64,000 nucleotides of DNA from an uncultured archaeon (GTDB taxonomy: Archaea > Asgardarchaeota > Lokiarchaeia > Sigyniarchaeales > SOKP01): NCBI GenBank assembly GCA_964486045.1, contig CAZALK010000001.1:872242-936241 (forward strand). The letters are read 5' to 3'. The notes under the pieces were generated by a model. The model ran no database searches. It saw nothing but the letters and a program-made list of their open reading frames with translations, and had not been told where the DNA came from. A program made the position numbers and the translations under genes. Of this stretch, positions 10,157-20,399 are shown piece after piece (within the stretch, counting starts at the first letter, position 1; each line of letters opens with the position of its first letter).

Positions 10157-12463
10157 GTGGATGATATATTCAGAAATATGAAGAATTTTCATGAATCCTT
10201 TTGGAAAATAATGATTCTATTGAAATACAGAATTCATTTTTTTCTTTTTTTAATTTCAATATTTTGCATTTTATTCATCAACTTAAACTACACTATAATT
10301 GAAAGTATTGAAGGGATTTCGACAAATTTATTTTTATCATTAGTTTTTAAGTTCTTAACAGCATTTAGCTCGATTTTTACAATATTATTTTTACCCACAT
10401 TTCCTATTTTTTTCATAAAGTTTAAGCATAAAAATATTAAATTCCGTGAAAAGATAAGTTTTACTATCGTCTCTAATCTCTCGTTCTATATACTATTAGG
10501 ATTTTTAGGTATTGGTCTTAGACTATATATAACGTTTTTTTACTTCTCTTTCATGGTAACGGTAAGCTATTTCTTGATAGTACTTATCATATTTATTCAA
10601 GAGTACCTTAAAGGCATCAACATTTTTTTGATAAAACTGAAGAGGAATAATAATAATCGGGAGACTCTTGAAAAACATACAATCTTAAGTTATGTTAGGG
10701 ATTTCTTCTCTTTAAATGGGATTCTATTATATGTTTTCATCTTTTTAGTCTGTTGGTTCTTTATTGTAATAACTAGATTTTTTATATCAACTGATCCCTG
10801 GCTCCACATATCAATTATTAAATACATAACAGAGGTTAACTATATTCCGCTAAATGAATATTTTGGCTCATTAGGATTTCATATATTTGGGGCAGTTATT
10901 CATTTCTTTTCTGGATTAGATATAATATTAATTCCAAAATATTTTGTATTATATACTATTCCTCTAGGTTCACTAATAGTATATAATCTATTGATGAGAA
11001 TATTTAGGAATAAAAATTTAGCGATTTTTGGAGTCTTCCTGCTACTTATATCTTCATTAGGATTTATTCATTTACTAACACAATTTTGGCCCTCAAGTTT
11101 AGTATTTATTCAATGTTTAATTATTTTTTTCCTCCTTTATGTGAGATTACAAACCTTTACTAGGGAATCAATTCCAAAAAAAGAAGTTATTCGTACGAAT
11201 ATGTTATTCTCGTACATATTTTCAATTATTATTTTTATTTCATCTTTTTTTACCCATTCATTACTTACAATGATTTTAGTTTTCTCATATCTATGGGTAT
11301 ATTTAATATATTTTGCGAGAAACCATAGAAGAGGGTTTGATATTGTCTTATTAATTATATTTTTTGGTATATTTCTTATTTTTTATTTATTTAATATTAG
11401 TATAGGGCATATTTCAGCTTTTAATCCATTTTCTCTTTTATCATGGTACCAAATTCTTTTGGGTGTTTTAGCTTTCACCTTCTTCGAGACATTATTTCTA
11501 ATGCATTATCGAAAGTCATTGGACTTTACTAAAGGGAGATTTAAGTTAATAATATTTGGGAAAAAAAATAAGAAATATAAAAAAATTGAAGATAAATATT
11601 TATTTCCATTCATCTTTGGACTGATATTAATCTTAATTTGTTTCTATGTGATCTTCAATCAATTAGTTTTCAATTTTGATGCTATAAGTATTTTTAATGC
11701 TATTGAAATATTACTTTTAAGTTTATTTGCTATTTGGGGATTAGCACTATTTCAATATAAACCTAGAGGAAAACCTTTATTTTTATGGTTAATATCGCTT
11801 GCTTTTATTTTTTTAATTGTGTTTTTATTTGATGCAACAGTAGGAGTTACCTCTTTCTTTTCAAGAGTTTTTTATCTGTCTTCAATAATAATTTCAATTG
11901 GGTTCACATCTTATATGTATAAATTAATAAAGACTAACTCAATTCAACATAGAAAATTCAAATTATTCTTTTTTTTCATTATGATCTTTTCTTTTTTTGT
12001 CTCATTTTTACAAAACTCAGTTTCCGTTGAAATGTTTAGTTTGAAAGAACGTGAAGTAAATTCTGTACAATGGTATATCAATTATGCTTCAAGTGAACAT
12101 GTTATCATTTCTGAATTTGGATGGGGTCCAATTTTTATATACTATGGTTATCCTTATGAAGATAAAAATTTAACACTCGTATTAGGATCAGTTTATCTCT
12201 TACTGACAATAAACGAGTCATTACTTCACCCATCATTGCATAACTTAAATGGAGCTAATGTGTTAAAAAATGTGAGTGAAACTTATGTTACCGAAGTCAT
12301 CTTGATTTTACCCAAAGAGTTCTATTTACCTTCTAGTTGGCAATTTTTTGATCAACTTAGTGAAGAAGAAATAGAAGCTTATTATGATTTACAGTATTTA
12401 AATAGAATTTTTTCAGCAAAAGGAGAAGATGGTGAAGAAACACCGTATTACTGGGTTATTTAA
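10157..12463 (+). CDS. Large polytopic membrane protein, putative GT-C-fold (STT3/AglB/PMT-like) glycosyltransferase
   Basis: More than 15 hydrophobic segments; STDPWLH acidic loop motif, GFH segment and a soluble C-terminal domain starting EVNSVQWYINYASSEHVIISEFGWG. Confidence 0.55.
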   Translation: MDDIFRNMKNFHESFWKIMILLKYRIHFFLFLISIFCILFINLNYTIIESIEGISTNLFLSLVFKFLTAFSSIFTILFLPTFPIFFIKFKHKNIKFREKISFTIVSNLSFYILLGFLGIGLRLYITFFYFSFMVTVSYFLIVLIIFIQEYLKGINIFLIKLKRNNNNRETLEKHTILSYVRDFFSLNGILLYVFIFLVCWFFIVITRFFISTDPWLHISIIKYITEVNYIPLNEYFGSLGFHIFGAVIHFFSGLDIILIPKYFVLYTIPLGSLIVYNLLMRIFRNKNLAIFGVFLLLISSLGFIHLLTQFWPSSLVFIQCLIIFFLLYVRLQTFTRESIPKKEVIRTNMLFSYIFSIIIFISSFFTHSLLTMILVFSYLWVYLIYFARNHRRGFDIVLLIIFFGIFLIFYLFNISIGHISAFNPFSLLSWYQILLGVLAFTFFETLFLMHYRKSLDFTKGRFKLIIFGKKNKKYKKIEDKYLFPFIFGLILILICFYVIFNQLVFNFDAISIFNAIEILLLSLFAIWGLALFQYKPRGKPLFLWLISLAFIFLIVFLFDATVGVTSFFSRVFYLSSIIISIGFTSYMYKLIKTNSIQHRKFKLFFFFIMIFSFFVSFLQNSVSVEMFSLKEREVNSVQWYINYASSEHVIISEFGWGPIFIYYGYPYEDKNLTLVLGSVYLLLTINESLLHPSLHNLNGANVLKNVSETYVTEVILILPKEFYLPSSWQFFDQLSEEEIEAYYDLQYLNRIFSAKGEDGEETPYYWVI

Positions 12464-12568
12464 TTCTATTTTACCCGACGTTAATAGAAGCCTAAAAAAA
12501 ATTATATTTTAATTTATTTTTAAAAAGTTTTGTAAATATTTTAAAAAAGAAGACCTTTCGTTAGTTTG

Positions 12569-13612
12569 CTATATTCCGTATTTTTTATAATAATCTAACC
12601 AAAAGTCATACATATCTTTTAGAGTTTCTTCAATAGGAATCGAAGCATCCCATCCTAATTCATTTTTTATTTTTGAATTATCTCCAAGAATAATATCTTC
12701 ATCTGTTTTTCTTAATTTATGTGGGATATTTTCTTTCACTTCTATTTTTTTTGTTGAAAAGGTTAGAACAATATTTAAAATTTGTCGAATCTGAATCTTT
12801 CTACCAGAACAAACATTATATGTTTCTCCTGGTGTTCCCCTTGTTGCCGCTAGCCAAATTGTTTTAAGGGAATCTTTTATTCCAGTAAAATCACGAAAAG
12901 TATCTAGGTTTCCTACTTCGATTACTGGTTCTGACAATCCTAATTCGATTTTAGCTATTTTACTAATGAAATCTGCGCAAGCATCACCTCTCTTTCGAGG
13001 ACCTGTTTGATTAAAAAACCTTAGGTTGACAGCTTCAATTCCAAAATTAATAAAATATTGACGGGCAAGTAATTCAGTTGCTATTTTGCTTATTCCATAA
13101 GGATGAATTGCTAGCAATGTATCGGATTCTTTCAAAGGTCTATTCAGTGATGTAGTTGTTCCATATTCAGCGCTTGAACAAGCAACTACAACTCGAGTTT
13201 TAATTTTATGTTTTTTTATTGCTTCAAAAATATTTATCGTTCCTATAACGTTTGTTCTGATTGTACCTACAGGATCTTCCCATGAAGGTATAACCATTGG
13301 TTGGGCTCCAAAGTGGAATATATAATTAGGTTTAATTTCTTGGATTATTTCCTCTATTAAATCCGCGTTATTTAAATCGCATTCTAAAAATATAAAATGT
13401 TCATTTGAAGTAGGGATTTGGATTGACTTATTAAATGCTTTTAATTTATCTCCTGAAGAAAATAGAAATTGCCCTTTAGTATAATGAGCTAAATTTCGTA
13501 TGGGTTGATCAGGAAGGTCAATACCATAAACTTTTTTACCTTGATTTACACAATAATCCGTTAAATGCGAACCTAAAAAACCTCTCGCTCCAGAAATAAG
13601 TACAGTTACCAT
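12569..13612 (-). CDS. GDP-sugar 4,6-dehydratase/reductase (GMD/DmhA/RMD-like extended SDR)
   Basis: GARGFLG, FHFGAQ, CSSAEYG, PYGISK (YxxxK), RFFNQTGPR, VGNLDTFRDF. Confidence 0.85.
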   Translation of the reverse strand: MVTVLISGARGFLGSHLTDYCVNQGKKVYGIDLPDQPIRNLAHYTKGQFLFSSGDKLKAFNKSIQIPTSNEHFIFLECDLNNADLIEEIIQEIKPNYIFHFGAQPMVIPSWEDPVGTIRTNVIGTINIFEAIKKHKIKTRVVVACSSAEYGTTTSLNRPLKESDTLLAIHPYGISKIATELLARQYFINFGIEAVNLRFFNQTGPRKRGDACADFISKIAKIELGLSEPVIEVGNLDTFRDFTGIKDSLKTIWLAATRGTPGETYNVCSGRKIQIRQILNIVLTFSTKKIEVKENIPHKLRKTDEDIILGDNSKIKNELGWDASIPIEETLKDMYDFWLDYYKKYGI

Positions 13613-13653
13613 TTTAATCTTCTAATTATTAAAGTTAAACCTAATTTATTTTT

Positions 13654-13837
13654 TTAATCTTTTTCTTTTAATTCCCGCATAGCTTTTTGCGAAAGCTTTT
13701 GAATTTTATTTTTTTGAGCTTGATCCAATTTATTAAATCTCCGATTCCTTCTTCAAAAGTTAATGTTGGAAAGTATCCTAATTTAAATATGAACCAAGGA
13801 AACCTGCTCCACCAGCAATTAATATTCTTTTTGACAT
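13654..13837 (-). pseudogene. Internally deleted relic of an NAD-dependent epimerase, paralog of 26528-27661
   Basis: ATG 13837 reads MSKRILIAGGAGFLGSYL. This is followed immediately (out of frame) by KLGYFPTLTFEEGIGDLINWIK and then NKIQKLSQKAMRELKEKD*. These match the N- and C-termini of the 377-aa epimerase. Confidence 0.85.
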
Positions 13838-13992
13838 AAAATAATCGAATAACTAATTATTGATTTTTTAATAGTTCATTTGTATTTATTTAAATTAAAG
13901 TGTATGATAAGCAATTAAAATAATCAAATTTTTTAATGATTTAACATGAGGAAATTTGATTTTACCATCCTATACTAATTAAAGTTATTAAT

Positions 13993-15003
13993 ATGATGAT
14001 TCGTTCAAAAGCACCATTTAGAGTAAGTTTTGGCGGAGGAGGAACAGATATGGCACCATATTGCATTGAACATGGAGGTTGTGTAATAAACACAACGATT
14101 GATCGTCATGTTTATACAACTTTAATCCCAAGGCATGATAAAAAAATTCACGTTCATTCAATTAATCTCAATAAAGAAATTACTTTTGACATTGGAGATA
14201 CAGATTATTCTACTGAATTTGAATTGTTTAAAGGAATTATTAATGTTTTAGAAGTAAAAGATGGATTTGATATTATTACTTATTCAGAACTTCCAGCTGG
14301 TTCTGGAATGGGGGGTTCATCTTCCTTATCTGTAGCTTTAATAGGAGCTTTGAATAGATATTATAAATCAGGACTTTCTAAACAAGACATTGCACAAAAA
14401 GCTTATTATGTTGAACGTGTTGAATTAAAACAGAAAGGGGGATATCAAGATCAATTTGCTGCGGCATATGGAGGGTTAAATTTCATAGAATTTTCAGATG
14501 TTGTAAAAGTAATTCCAATAAATGCTACTGAAGAAATGATAAATGAGTTCCAATATCGTTTAATCTTGTGTTATGTAGGAGGATCTCATTTTTCTTCGGA
14601 AATACAAGATGAGGTTTTAAAGAGTTATAAAATTGAGAAGAAATCCTATATGGAAGTCATGCAAGATCTAAAAGATGTCGCCCATTCTATGAGAAATATT
14701 GTGGAGTCTAAAAATACAAATAGATTAAATGAATTTGGAGAACTCTTACATAAAGGGTGGTTAGCAAAAAAGAGTTTGAGTACAAAAATCTCTAACAAAA
14801 AAATAGAAAACTTTTATTTAACTTCAAGGAACTTTGGAATCCTTGGCGGAAAATTACTTGGTGCTGGAGGTGGAGGTCATCTTCTGCTATTTTCAGATTT
14901 TAATAAGAAATATGTAGTAATTCAAGAATTGGAAAAAATTGGCGGAAAAATTATAAATTTTCATTTTAATCCAAAGGGTCTTGAAGTGTGGGAAATAAGG
15001 TAG
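13993..15003 (+). CDS. hddA: D-glycero-alpha-D-manno-heptose-7-phosphate kinase (GHMP kinase)
   Basis: RSKAPFRVSFGGGGTD, PAGSGMGGSSS, GYQDQFAAAYGG, GKLLGAGGGG; adjacent to gmhA/gmhB. Confidence 0.88.
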   Translation: MMIRSKAPFRVSFGGGGTDMAPYCIEHGGCVINTTIDRHVYTTLIPRHDKKIHVHSINLNKEITFDIGDTDYSTEFELFKGIINVLEVKDGFDIITYSELPAGSGMGGSSSLSVALIGALNRYYKSGLSKQDIAQKAYYVERVELKQKGGYQDQFAAAYGGLNFIEFSDVVKVIPINATEEMINEFQYRLILCYVGGSHFSSEIQDEVLKSYKIEKKSYMEVMQDLKDVAHSMRNIVESKNTNRLNEFGELLHKGWLAKKSLSTKISNKKIENFYLTSRNFGILGGKLLGAGGGGHLLLFSDFNKKYVVIQELEKIGGKIINFHFNPKGLEVWEIR

Positions 15004-15035
15004 AATTAATATAATTCAAAGAAAGTGATGATGAT

Positions 15036-15602
15036 ATGGAAAATGAAATAATTTCGATATTAGATGAAAGTATTAGAGTTAAAGAAGGGATAAAAAGTCA
15101 AACATCAATAATAGCAAAAATTTCTAGAGAGATAGTAAATGCTTATAAAAGTAAGAAAAAAGTTGTTCTCTTTGGTAATGGAGGAAGTGCTGCAGATGCA
15201 CAGCATATAGCTGCTGAATTTGTAGGAAAGTTCTATAAGGATCGCGAGTCACTTCCTTCTCTTGCTTTTCACACTAATACTTCTATTCTTACAGCCATAG
15301 CTAATGATTATGGTTTTGATTCTGTATTTGAAAGACAAGTGTCGTCATTTGTAGAAAAAGGGGATGTTGCTATTGGAATTAGCACCTCTGGAAATTCCTC
15401 AAATGTTATAAAAGGTTTGACAAAAGCTAAAGAGAAAGGAGCAATAACAGTGGGTTTTACTGGTCAAAATCAAAGTAAAGTTGAGGAAATTACGGATATA
15501 TGTTTAAAAATACCCTCATCGGATACACCAAGAATTCAAGAAGGTCACATAACCGTAGGACATATTATATGTTATTTAGTTGAAAAAGAACTATTTGAGT
15601 AG
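15036..15602 (+). CDS. gmhA: Sedoheptulose-7-phosphate isomerase
   Basis: GNGGSAADAQHIAAE, TAIANDYG, ISTSGNS, TPRIQEGH. Confidence 0.95.
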   Translation: MENEIISILDESIRVKEGIKSQTSIIAKISREIVNAYKSKKKVVLFGNGGSAADAQHIAAEFVGKFYKDRESLPSLAFHTNTSILTAIANDYGFDSVFERQVSSFVEKGDVAIGISTSGNSSNVIKGLTKAKEKGAITVGFTGQNQSKVEEITDICLKIPSSDTPRIQEGHITVGHIICYLVEKELFE

Positions 15603-15612
15603 TTAAGAGCAT

Positions 15613-16248
15613 ATGAAACAAGTAGCAGTTTCTATTCATGCAATAGAAGATTTTAAACCCGGGATAATAAAGGATTTAGAAGGATTTGATTATATTCACA
15701 TAGATATCATGGATGGTAAATTTGTAAGTAATAAAAAAAATAATCTAAATGTAATACGTATCTTAAAAGAAACTTATACTACTCCTATAATCGCCCATTT
15801 AATGGTAATAAATCCCGTTGATTATATTAAGCAGATCATTAATGATGTTAACTTCTTTTTATTTCATTTTGAAATAAATACCAAAAGATGCGATATAATA
15901 AAAGAAATTAGAAAATATGATAAAAAGGTCGGTCTTGCTATAAATCCTGAAACAGACATATCTGAAATTGTACCATATTTAAAAAAAATTGATCTTATCT
16001 TAGTGATGAGTGTAAATCCTGGTTGGTCAGGTCAGAAATTCATACCAAACACAATAAAAAAAATAGATGAATTGGTTGAACTCAAGAAGAAATATGAGTT
16101 TATTATTGATGTTGATGGTGGGATTAATTTAACAAATGCAAAACTATTAAAAAATACAGATATATTAACAAGCTCTAGCACTATATTAAAAGCTAAAGAT
16201 CCCAACAGGATGATTAAATTATTAAAAGAATCTGATGAAAGCAACTAA
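15613..16248 (+). CDS. rpe: Ribulose-phosphate 3-epimerase
   Basis: HIDIMDGKFV, HLMV, LVMSVNPGWSGQKF, DVDGGIN. Confidence 0.9.
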   Translation: MKQVAVSIHAIEDFKPGIIKDLEGFDYIHIDIMDGKFVSNKKNNLNVIRILKETYTTPIIAHLMVINPVDYIKQIINDVNFFLFHFEINTKRCDIIKEIRKYDKKVGLAINPETDISEIVPYLKKIDLILVMSVNPGWSGQKFIPNTIKKIDELVELKKKYEFIIDVDGGINLTNAKLLKNTDILTSSSTILKAKDPNRMIKLLKESDESN

Positions 16249-16783
16249 ACAAAAGAAGGCAATTTTCTTAGATAGAGATGGGGTATTAAACAAAGAAGTT
16301 AATTATCTCTCAAATCCAAAAGATTTTGAATTTATTGAAGGATCAATTGAAGCTTTAAAGATTCTTAAAGAAAAAGATTTCTTGCTTGTTGTTATTACTA
16401 ATCAAGCAGGCATAGCTAAGGGTTTTTTTACAGAAGAGATTCTTAAGAGAATTCATGATAAAATGATCAGAATATTAAAGCAAAATGAGATTGAATTAAG
16501 TGGTGTTTATTATTGTCCTCATCATCCTAAGTTTACTGGTCAGTGTGAATGTAGGAAACCAAACCCAGGAATGATTTTAAAAGCTAAATTAAAACATAAT
16601 ATTGATTTAAATAATTCATATATGGTTGGAGATACATTAAATGATGTTCAAACAGGTAAGGCAGCAAGATGTAAAACGATTTTAGTTTTAACTGGTTATG
16701 GAAAGGAAGAACAAAAAAGCATTGGCTCAATAATACCAGACATGATATTTAAAAACTTAAAAGAATTTGCTATAAGTATATAA
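16235..16783 (+). CDS. gmhB: D,D-heptose 1,7-bisphosphate phosphatase (HAD)
   Basis: FLDRDGVLN, TNQAGI, CPHHP...CECRKPNPGM, MVGD. Confidence 0.93.
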   Translation: MKATKQKKAIFLDRDGVLNKEVNYLSNPKDFEFIEGSIEALKILKEKDFLLVVITNQAGIAKGFFTEEILKRIHDKMIRILKQNEIELSGVYYCPHHPKFTGQCECRKPNPGMILKAKLKHNIDLNNSYMVGDTLNDVQTGKAARCKTILVLTGYGKEEQKSIGSIIPDMIFKNLKEFAISI

Positions 16784-16827
16784 AACAGATAATTATTATA
16801 TTCACTAAAATATCATCGTGAAACATC

Positions 16828-17484
16828 ATGAAATTTTTTATAGATACAGCTAATTTAGAACAGATAAAGGAAATGCAGGAACTAGGAATTATAGATGGAG
16901 TGACTACCAATCCTACGCTATTAGCAAAAGAAGGGGTAGAACCTATAGAACAATTAAGAAATATTTGTAAAATAGTCAATGGACCAGTTAGTGGAGAAGT
17001 TATTGGATTAACTACTGAAGAAATGGTTAAAGAAGCTCGTGAGTTAGCTAAAATCGCCCCTAATATAGTAGTTAAGATTCCTTTTATGAAGGATGGGATA
17101 AAAGCAGTTAAAAAACTTGAATCTGAAGGGATTAAAACAAATGTAACACTTGTTTTTTCACAAAACCAGATTTTAATTGCTGCGAAGGCTGGAGCTTCAT
17201 ATATTAGCCCCTTTATTGGAAGGTTAATGGATAATGGGCAGAATGAAGTTGAAATGCTTAGGGAATCAATGGAAATTATTCGTGCATATGATTTTAAATC
17301 TGAAATTATTGTTGCTTCTGTGAGAAATACTAGACATGTAATTGAAGCTGCGAAAATGGGAGCACATATCGCAACAATTCCTTTTGCTGTTCTTGAAAAA
17401 ATGTTTAAACATCCCAACACAGATGCTGGATTAAAAGCTTTTCTAATTGACTGGGAAAAATTACAAACTGAATTAAAAAAATAA
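16828..17484 (+). CDS. tal: Transaldolase / fructose-6-phosphate aldolase family (short form)
   Basis: [20 protein letters not shown] (Schiff-base Lys), [19 protein letters not shown]. Confidence 0.92.
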   Translation: MKFFIDTANLEQIKEMQELGIIDGVTTNPTLLAKEGVEPIEQLRNICKIVNGPVSGEVIGLTTEEMVKEARELAKIAPNIVVKIPFMKDGIKAVKKLESEGIKTNVTLVFSQNQILIAAKAGASYISPFIGRLMDNGQNEVEMLRESMEIIRAYDFKSEIIVASVRNTRHVIEAAKMGAHIATIPFAVLEKMFKHPNTDAGLKAFLIDWEKLQTELKK

Positions 17485-17493
17485 TCTAATAAA

Positions 17494-18492
17494 ATGGCTC
17501 TTATTGATGAGATTTCCAAATGGAATAATAAGAAAGTATTAATCATAGGAGATGCATTAATAGATAAGTATATTTTCGGGTATACAGATCGAATTTCTCC
17601 AGATGCTCCAGTTCCAAATGTAAAAATAGAGGATAATATTGCGTATATAGGAGCAATAGGGTTAGTACTACAATTTATACGATCATTGGGAGGAATTCCT
17701 GAAGTTTGCACCATTATTGGAAATGATTTTGAGGGGGACTTTTTTTTAAAAAAGATTAAAGAGCTAAAAGTAGATTCATCAGGCATTCTTGTAGATGAAA
17801 ACGTAAAAACTCCTCAAATTACTCGGATTAAAGCAATGAATCAACAACTTTTACGATTAGAAACTGATTACAATAGTGATATTTCTCAACTTACAATAGA
17901 AAAATTTAAAGATCTCATAGTTAATAGATCTCGAGATATTGGGGCGATATTAATTTTAGATTATGGTTTAAAAGGAATTTTTAAGGATTTATTTATTCAA
18001 AAATTATTACGCATTTTAAAAGAAAACTATAAAAATATCCCGATAGTTGTTCGGCCTACAAAATCCAATTATTACCTCTATGAAAATGTGGAATTAATAA
18101 AGATGAATCTTCAAAAAGCATTAGATACATTTTCTATTGATTGCTGCAATGAAACCAGCATCACAATTGCTGGAAAACGGATTTTAAGCTCTTCTAAATG
18201 TAAAAATGTTTTATTAAATTATTTAGAATTGGAATCTTTTCTTTTTTCAAGAGAACATGAAAAAGTCGAAAAATTAAGTCCAATTTTAAGACAACCAGTA
18301 ACAAGTTTCGTAGCTGTTGGTAGTGTTATTATGGCATCCTTAGGGTTATCGTTCGCTTCAGGGATTTCAGTTCAAGAAGGAGTACAAATATCATTAATTA
18401 CTGCGGCTCTCACAGCGATCCTCCCTCCTGTTGAATTTTATAATATAGAGAACCTCTGTAATTATATATTAACTACAATGAAAAATACATAA
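17494..18492 (+). CDS. RfaE/HldE-type heptose-7-phosphate kinase-like protein (PfkB fold), catalytic motifs degenerate
   Basis: GDALIDKYIFGYTDRISPDAPVP and TRIKAMNQQLLR match the RfaE kinase domain. The expected NxxE and GAGD motifs read NLQK and AVGS. Confidence 0.75.
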   Translation: MALIDEISKWNNKKVLIIGDALIDKYIFGYTDRISPDAPVPNVKIEDNIAYIGAIGLVLQFIRSLGGIPEVCTIIGNDFEGDFFLKKIKELKVDSSGILVDENVKTPQITRIKAMNQQLLRLETDYNSDISQLTIEKFKDLIVNRSRDIGAILILDYGLKGIFKDLFIQKLLRILKENYKNIPIVVRPTKSNYYLYENVELIKMNLQKALDTFSIDCCNETSITIAGKRILSSSKCKNVLLNYLELESFLFSREHEKVEKLSPILRQPVTSFVAVGSVIMASLGLSFASGISVQEGVQISLITAALTAILPPVEFYNIENLCNYILTTMKNT

Positions 18493-18513
18493 TTTCCTCA
18501 AAAAACTAATAGA

Positions 18514-19368
18514 ATGGAACTATCTGAAGCTGATGAACAGAAAATATTAATTGATATTCTAGATATCAAAAAAGATATTTTACTGATGATATATAAAGCC
18601 CAATCGGGTCATCCGGGTGGTTCATTATCATGCACTAACATAATATATCTTCTATACAATTATATTATGAAAATAAATCCAAAAAATCCTACATGGGAAG
18701 AAAGGGATATATTTATATTAAGTAAAGGTCATGCAGCACCGGCGTTGTATGCTGTTTTATCAAAATTTAGCCTTATAAAAAGAGAAGAGTTATTTACTTT
18801 AAGACAATTTGGTTCGAAATTACAAGGGCATCCGTTTAAAAATCCAGAACTTGGAATTGAAATATCTACTGGATCTTTAGGAATGGGTTTATCAATTGGT
18901 GTAGGTTGTGCTTTAGCTGCCAAAATGGATAATACTGAAAAAAATATTTATGTTTTATTAGGAGATGGAGAATTAAATGAGGGTGCTATTTGGGAAGCAG
19001 CTATGTCTGCCAGTCATTATAAATTAGATAATTTAATAGCAATTGTGGACCGTAATGGACTACAGAGTGATGGGTCAACAGAAGAAATAATGGCTTTAGA
19101 ACCCCTAGCAAAAAAATGGGAAGCATTTGGTTGGAATGTTATTGAAGTTGATGGTTCAAATTTATTCGAGGTGTTGCAAGGATTTGAAAAATCCAAAACA
19201 ATAATTGGTAAACCTAAAGTAATTATATCATATCTTATTAAAGGTTCTGACGTATCATTTATGCAACATACTAAAAAATATCATGGGCGAGTACCAAATA
19301 AAGATGAATATGAAATCGCTCTTAAAGAACTTGAAGAAATAAAGGCTAGATTAAAAAGAGGTACTTAA
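18514..19368 (+). CDS. Transketolase, N-terminal (TPP-binding) subunit
   Basis: SGHPGGSLS, LSKGHAAP, LQGHP, STGSLGMG, GDGELNEG, DRNGLQSDG. Confidence 0.93.
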   Translation: MELSEADEQKILIDILDIKKDILLMIYKAQSGHPGGSLSCTNIIYLLYNYIMKINPKNPTWEERDIFILSKGHAAPALYAVLSKFSLIKREELFTLRQFGSKLQGHPFKNPELGIEISTGSLGMGLSIGVGCALAAKMDNTEKNIYVLLGDGELNEGAIWEAAMSASHYKLDNLIAIVDRNGLQSDGSTEEIMALEPLAKKWEAFGWNVIEVDGSNLFEVLQGFEKSKTIIGKPKVIISYLIKGSDVSFMQHTKKYHGRVPNKDEYEIALKELEEIKARLKRGT

Positions 19369-19372
19369 TTAA

Positions 19373-20305
19373 ATGTCAGAACCACCTCTTAGAGATACTT
19401 TTGGAACATTTTTAGTTGAAATAGGGAAAAAGAACAAAAAAATTGTAGTTTTAGATGCTGATTTATCAACTTCTACTCGAACATTTAAATTTGCTAATGC
19501 GTTCCCAGAAAGATTCTTTAATATGGGAATTGCAGAGCAAAACATGGTTGGAACTGCAATAGGTTTAGCAATATCTGGAAAAGTACCGGTTATTAGTGGT
19601 TTTTCCATATTTACAACTGGGAGAGCATGGGAATTTATAAGATTGGCATGTCATGATAAAATAAATTTAAAGATAATTACCACTCACAGTGGTTTCATTG
19701 GAGAAGATGGAAGCACGCACAATGCATTAGAAGATTTGAGCTTAATGGCAACATTACCAAATTTAACATTACTGATACCTTCAGATAATATTGAGCTTGT
19801 TCAAATTTTAAAATATGCATTCAATATTGTAGGTACATTTTATATCCGATTACCAAGAGGTTCTTTTCCTCAAATTCATAATAAAAATTATAAATTCTCT
19901 TTAGGAAGACCAGATATATTAAAAGAAGGGAAAGATATTTGCTTAATAGGTACTGGTTATGGAAGTATTTTAGCTATTCAATTAGTGCCTAAAATTGAGA
20001 AAAAATTAAATATTTCAATAAAAGTAATAAATCTTCCCTGTATAAAGCCTATAGACTCAGATGTTTTAGTAAAAGAAGCAAAAGATGCGAAGGGAATTGT
20101 GATTATGGAAGAACATAATTTATATTGTGGATTTGGTAGTATAATTGCGAGAATTTTTTCTGAAAAATCTCCTCTCCCAATGAGATTCATAGGGGTTAGA
20201 GATACCTTTGTTCAATCAGGAAAAAAAGATGTTTTATTAGATTCCTACGGGTTTAATGAGAAAACCCTCATAAACCAAGTTAAGAGTCTTTTAGATACAA
20301 GATGA
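19373..20305 (+). CDS. Transketolase, C-terminal subunit
   Basis: LDADLSTST, NMGIAEQNM, GEDGSTH, YIRLPR, EEHN. Confidence 0.92.
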   Translation: MSEPPLRDTFGTFLVEIGKKNKKIVVLDADLSTSTRTFKFANAFPERFFNMGIAEQNMVGTAIGLAISGKVPVISGFSIFTTGRAWEFIRLACHDKINLKIITTHSGFIGEDGSTHNALEDLSLMATLPNLTLLIPSDNIELVQILKYAFNIVGTFYIRLPRGSFPQIHNKNYKFSLGRPDILKEGKDICLIGTGYGSILAIQLVPKIEKKLNISIKVINLPCIKPIDSDVLVKEAKDAKGIVIMEEHNLYCGFGSIIARIFSEKSPLPMRFIGVRDTFVQSGKKDVLLDSYGFNEKTLINQVKSLLDTR

Positions 20306-20399
20306 TCTTCTATTTTTATTTGTTTTAAAATATATTTTTAAGAAGATAGTCTATTGTAAATTATAGTGAGAAAAAAACAAATTCATAAAGGTTGTTATC

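Noticed and set aside
16770-17786. 338-aa minus-strand ORF
   Set aside because: Lies antisense to the well-supported transaldolase and RfaE-like genes. Its Ser/Ile/Phe-rich sequence with no motifs is typical of a shadow frame.
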